Origin: Patescibacteria group bacterium
GTDB lineage: Bacteria; Patescibacteriota; Patescibacteriia; 2-12-FULL-60-25
DNA length: 64,000 nt
Reading direction: 5' to 3'
Assembly (NCBI GenBank): GCA_022703155.1
Contig: JAKLEH010000001.1
Location: 16,482-80,481 of the forward strand
The notes beneath the pieces are model-generated. The model was given only the letters and a program-made list of their open reading frames with translations. It searched no databases and was not told the DNA's origin. The first letter of the stretch is position 1. Every line of letters starts with the position of its first letter. The position numbers and the translations under genes were made by a program. Below are positions 60,806-64,000 of the stretch, piece by piece.

Positions 60806-62113
60806 TTGAATCTTGAAACTTCGGCCATGCGTATGTATTATGACATGACCTGTATGAAAATATCGCGGACCGCTTGGATTTTGGCTGGCGCCTGTTTTTT
60901 TAGCGCTTTTTTTGGTTTGTTGCGGCCCTGCCAAACGTTGGCCCAAGACATGCCCGACGGCGGCGATGACGATGTCGTCGTATCGACCACGGGCACGACC
61001 CCGAACGCGGCGACTTCCACGTCCGCAACCAGCTCGACCGGCGCGACCGCGGAAAATCCTGCCGACGATGAAGAATCTTTCGAGGCGCGGGTCATCCAAG
61101 TTCTGGACTCGCGCGATGTGAACAAAGACGGCGTCAGCCTCACGCAACAGAACCTTAGACTCAAAGGCTTGGACGGCAACTGGCGCGACAAAGAAATCGA
61201 ATACCACGGCATCGGGGATGTGGAGGTTTTCGGCAACAATATTTACGCCGTGGGAGACCGCGTATTGGTCCAACGTTCGCACGACCCAGAAACCGGAGAA
61301 GACCTGTTTTTCGTGATGGATTACGTTCGCCGCGGTTGGCTTTACGCCTTGGCCGCGCTGTTCGTCTTTTTAATCATCGTCATCGCTGGCATCAAAGGCC
61401 TGCGCGCGCTATTGAGCCTGCTCGTGAGTTTCGCCATCATCATGGGCGTACTCGTACCGCTCATCCTGGCCGGTTGGCCGCCCGTGCCCGTGGCCGTAGT
61501 GGTTTGTACGGCCATGTTCGTGGGCATGGTCTACATTACCGAAGGCTTCAACCGCAAATCGCATTTGGCCATCGCCTCAATCGGGTTAAGCCTGTTGTTG
61601 GTCGGGTTGCTCTCGCTGTTCTTCACGTGGATCACGCGGCTGACCGGCACGGCGCAAGAGGAAACCATGTTTTTGACCGGACTCACCAAACAAGCCATCA
61701 ACTTCCGCGGTCTGTTGTTGTCCGGCATACTCCTCGGAACGTTGGGCGTGCTCGACGACGTGGTCATCGGGCAAATAGAATCCGTGTCGCAAATCAGACA
61801 AGCCAATCCGTACCTGCCATGGAAAAAAGTTTTCGCCATGTCCATGGAAGTGGGCAAGGCGCATCTCGGGTCCATGGTCAACACGCTCTTCTTGGCCTAC
61901 GCCGGCGCGGCCATGCCCTTGCTTCTGCTCTTCAGCATCAAACAACCGCCGTTCGTGACGTTTTCGCAAGCCATCAACAACGAAATGATGGCCACGGAAA
62001 TCCTGCGCACTCTGCTCGGCGGTTTGGGCATCGCGCTTTCCATGCCCGTGGCCACATACCTCGCGGTCAAACACATGCCGGCGCCCAAAACCCCAACCAA
62101 AAACGCCCCGTAA
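60806..62113 (+). CDS. YibE/F-like polytopic membrane protein (tentative family)
   Basis: 435 aa with an N-terminal signal/anchor, a soluble domain and then ~6 TM helices. The family call is from memory. Confidence 0.55.
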   Translation: MNLETSAMRMYYDMTCMKISRTAWILAGACFFSAFFGLLRPCQTLAQDMPDGGDDDVVVSTTGTTPNAATSTSATSSTGATAENPADDEESFEARVIQVLDSRDVNKDGVSLTQQNLRLKGLDGNWRDKEIEYHGIGDVEVFGNNIYAVGDRVLVQRSHDPETGEDLFFVMDYVRRGWLYALAALFVFLIIVIAGIKGLRALLSLLVSFAIIMGVLVPLILAGWPPVPVAVVVCTAMFVGMVYITEGFNRKSHLAIASIGLSLLLVGLLSLFFTWITRLTGTAQEETMFLTGLTKQAINFRGLLLSGILLGTLGVLDDVVIGQIESVSQIRQANPYLPWKKVFAMSMEVGKAHLGSMVNTLFLAYAGAAMPLLLLFSIKQPPFVTFSQAINNEMMATEILRTLLGGLGIALSMPVATYLAVKHMPAPKTPTKNAP

Positions 62114-62128
62114 AAGGGGCGGTTTTTT
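62104..62128 (+). terminator. Rho-independent terminator of the YibE/F-like gene
   Basis: CGCCCC-gtaaaa-GGGGCG followed by T6. The loop contains the stop codon. Confidence 0.75.
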
Positions 62129-62146
62129 GTGTTCAACCCTTCCGTC

Positions 62147-62216
62147 ATGCCGAACTTGATTCGGCATCTCGATTGACGATTGGCCAACTATTGAGATCCT
62201 GAAACGAGTTCAGGAT
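62147..62216. repeat. Two perfect 8-bp hairpins in mirror orientation (GTCAT-GCCGAA-cttga-TTCGGCAT ... ATCCTGAA-acgag-TTCAGGAT-GAC)
   Basis: Read directly from the sequence, between convergent genes. The same hairpin family occurs at 21808-21828 and 57382-57401. Confidence 0.7.
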
Positions 62217-62234
62217 GACGGACAGATGTTTTAA

Positions 62235-63521
62235 TCATTGTCTCCCCACGGACAGGTGCCTCCAGCCGTGTTCCTGCGCGCGGTTCGTGTCGTACAGGTT
62301 GCGCGCGTCGACCAATAAATCGCCGGCGGCCATGTCTTTGAGTTTTTTGAGGTCGAGCGTGCGGAACTGCTCCCATTCGGTCGCGACCACGACCGCGTCC
62401 GCGCCGCGCGCCGCTTCGTACGGGTCGTCGTGGTGCGGGACCTCTCCCCCGACTTCGTGCGCGTGGACTTTGGCCACAGGATCATGGGCGCTGACGATGG
62501 CGCCGCGCTCGCGCAAGAAGCGGATAAGGTCCAACGCAGCGGATTCGCGCGTATCGTCCGTATTGCCTTTGAAAGCCAACCCTAACAGCGTGATGTTTTT
62601 TCCCTGCAAAGATCCGAGCGCTTTTCCAACGCGTTCGACCAGCCGCAGTCGCGCCTGTTTGTTCATGTCGAACGCCGCGTTCACGATTGGCAGAGGCACG
62701 CCCAGCTTGTCGCCCATAAAACGGATGGCGCGCACGTCCTTGGGGAAGCAACTGCCGCCCCAACCCAGGCCCGCGCGCAAAAATTCCTTGCCGATGCGCG
62801 GGTCGCTGCCGATGCCGCGCGCCACGTTCTCCACGTCCGCGCCCACTTCCTCGGCCAGCGCCGCCATTTCGTTGATGAAACTGATTTTGGTGGCCAAAAA
62901 CGCGTTGGCCGCGTACTTGGTCAGTTCCGCGCTGCGCCGATCCATGACCAACTTGGCGCAATCCACGAAATCATAGGCGCGGAGCATGCGTTCGGTGGCG
63001 CGCGACGAAACCGAACCGATGACGATGCGCGCGGGTTTAAGAAAATCGTAGACCGCATGGCCTTCGCGCAAGAATTCCGGGTTGGAAACCACGTCGACTT
63101 CGATGCCGCTCGCCGTGCGGATGATGGCTTCCACGCGTTCGGCCGTGCCGACCGGCACCGTGCTCTTGTCCGCCACCACGACGTATTCGGTTATGTATTT
63201 GCCGATCATTTCCGCGGCCGCATCCACATACCGCAAATCCACGGACCCGTCCTCGGCCGACGGCGTGCCCACGGCGATGGACACGAGTTCCGCGCCCGGG
63301 ATGGCCTGCTCGTACGAAGTCGTGAACGACAACCGTCCGGCCTGCATGTTGCGTTTGACCACCTCTTCCAAACCCGGCTCGTAAATGGGCATCACGCCTT
63401 GGTTCAAAAGGTCGATTTTTTCCTGCGACACGTCCAACCCCACGACTTGGTGGCCGAGTTCGGCCAAGCAGGCGCCGGACACCAAACCCACGTATCCGGT
63501 ACCAATGACGGTAATGCGCAT
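62235..63521 (-). CDS. ugd: UDP-glucose 6-dehydrogenase
   Basis: MRITVIGTGYVGLVSGACLA Rossmann start and the catalytic region GLGWGGSCFPKDV; 428 aa. Confidence 0.93.
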   Translation of the reverse strand: MRITVIGTGYVGLVSGACLAELGHQVVGLDVSQEKIDLLNQGVMPIYEPGLEEVVKRNMQAGRLSFTTSYEQAIPGAELVSIAVGTPSAEDGSVDLRYVDAAAEMIGKYITEYVVVADKSTVPVGTAERVEAIIRTASGIEVDVVSNPEFLREGHAVYDFLKPARIVIGSVSSRATERMLRAYDFVDCAKLVMDRRSAELTKYAANAFLATKISFINEMAALAEEVGADVENVARGIGSDPRIGKEFLRAGLGWGGSCFPKDVRAIRFMGDKLGVPLPIVNAAFDMNKQARLRLVERVGKALGSLQGKNITLLGLAFKGNTDDTRESAALDLIRFLRERGAIVSAHDPVAKVHAHEVGGEVPHHDDPYEAARGADAVVVATEWEQFRTLDLKKLKDMAAGDLLVDARNLYDTNRAQEHGWRHLSVGRQ

Positions 63522-63575
63522 AGTCAGATTACATTAAACTCGCGGCATGGGGGAGTAAAGTGCCTGGAATGTCTT

Positions 63576-64000
63576 TCATACGACAAAACTCACGATTTTG
63601 CCTTTTACGTAAATGGCTTTTTTCACGTTTTGCCCTTCCAGATATTTTTTGACGTTGGGTTCATTTTTAGCCGCGTCCAACACCGTCTGTTCGCCCGCAT
63701 CAATGGCAACTTCAATTTGCCCGCGCACTTTGCCGTTCACCTGGACCGCAACCGCGACTGTGTCCGCGACGATTTTCGATTCGTCGTACTTGGGCCAAGG
63801 CGACCGATGGATCGAATCCTCGTGTCCGAGCCTATGCCACAATTCTTCGGCCAAATGCGGCGCGAACGGCGCCAGGATTTTCAGATAAGCTTCGTAGTCT
63901 TCCTGCGACGTTGGGACGTGCGACGATGCGGCGAAATTGGACAGCTCGTTCGTCAGAATCATCAGCTGCGACACGGCCGTGTTGAAATGCATGCCATCGA
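63576..64000 (-). CDS. leuS: Leucyl-tRNA synthetase, C-terminal part (the gene continues beyond the right window edge)
   Basis: HFNTAVSQLMILTNEL...PWPKYDE...VQVNGKVRGQIEV...YVKGKIVSFV is the typical LeuRS anticodon-binding/C-terminal region. The frame is open to base 64000. Confidence 0.88.
   Translation of the reverse strand, partial: DGMHFNTAVSQLMILTNELSNFAASSHVPTSQEDYEAYLKILAPFAPHLAEELWHRLGHEDSIHRSPWPKYDESKIVADTVAVAVQVNGKVRGQIEVAIDAGEQTVLDAAKNEPNVKKYLEGQNVKKAIYVKGKIVSFVV

Overview
Chromosomal window from a GC-rich, probably uncultivated bacterium. The gene content and a giant surface protein are reminiscent of Patescibacteria/CPR-type genomes, but that is a low-confidence inference. The backbone is mostly minus-strand housekeeping genes: hsp20, VanW-like, a short SMC, tlyA (frameshifted), rbfA, nrnA, clpP, gyrA, ruvC, yebC, rpoC, rpoB, a RodZ-like gene, ftsK, recA, an M23 peptidase, comEC, trxB, an MmeI-like RM enzyme, ugd and leuS (partial). 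I saw no rRNA, tRNA or CRISPR array. Four things stand out. (1) Bases 1-12827 are one uninterrupted minus-strand ORF of at least 4275 codons. It runs off the left edge, so the ORF track omits it. It encodes a giant Cys-rich protein with a signal peptide and sits 2 nt downstream of a membrane protein carrying a TSP3-like repeat. (2) 50.39-55.93 kb is a visibly AT-rich, co-oriented cassette array punctuated by attC-like imperfect inverted repeats (RYYYAAC...GTTRRRY). No integrase lies in the window, so it resembles an integron-type CALIN. (3) 36.18-40.56 kb is a plus-strand island of four transcription units, each with a near-consensus TTGACA-17-TAnnnT promoter. They encode an orphan protein; a ~0.5-kb highly structured untranslated RNA ahead of a tiny basic ORF; a RecR-like Zn-finger/Toprim module fused to ~330 aa of unknown sequence; and a ~190-nt rod-shaped, 6S-like sRNA. 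(4) Intergenic spacers throughout carry short imperfect tandem heptanucleotide arrays, notably TTGGNNA repeats just upstream of four start codons. Most long plus-strand track ORFs opposite rpoB, rpoC, the VanW-like gene and the giant gene are antisense artefacts of GC-rich coding DNA.
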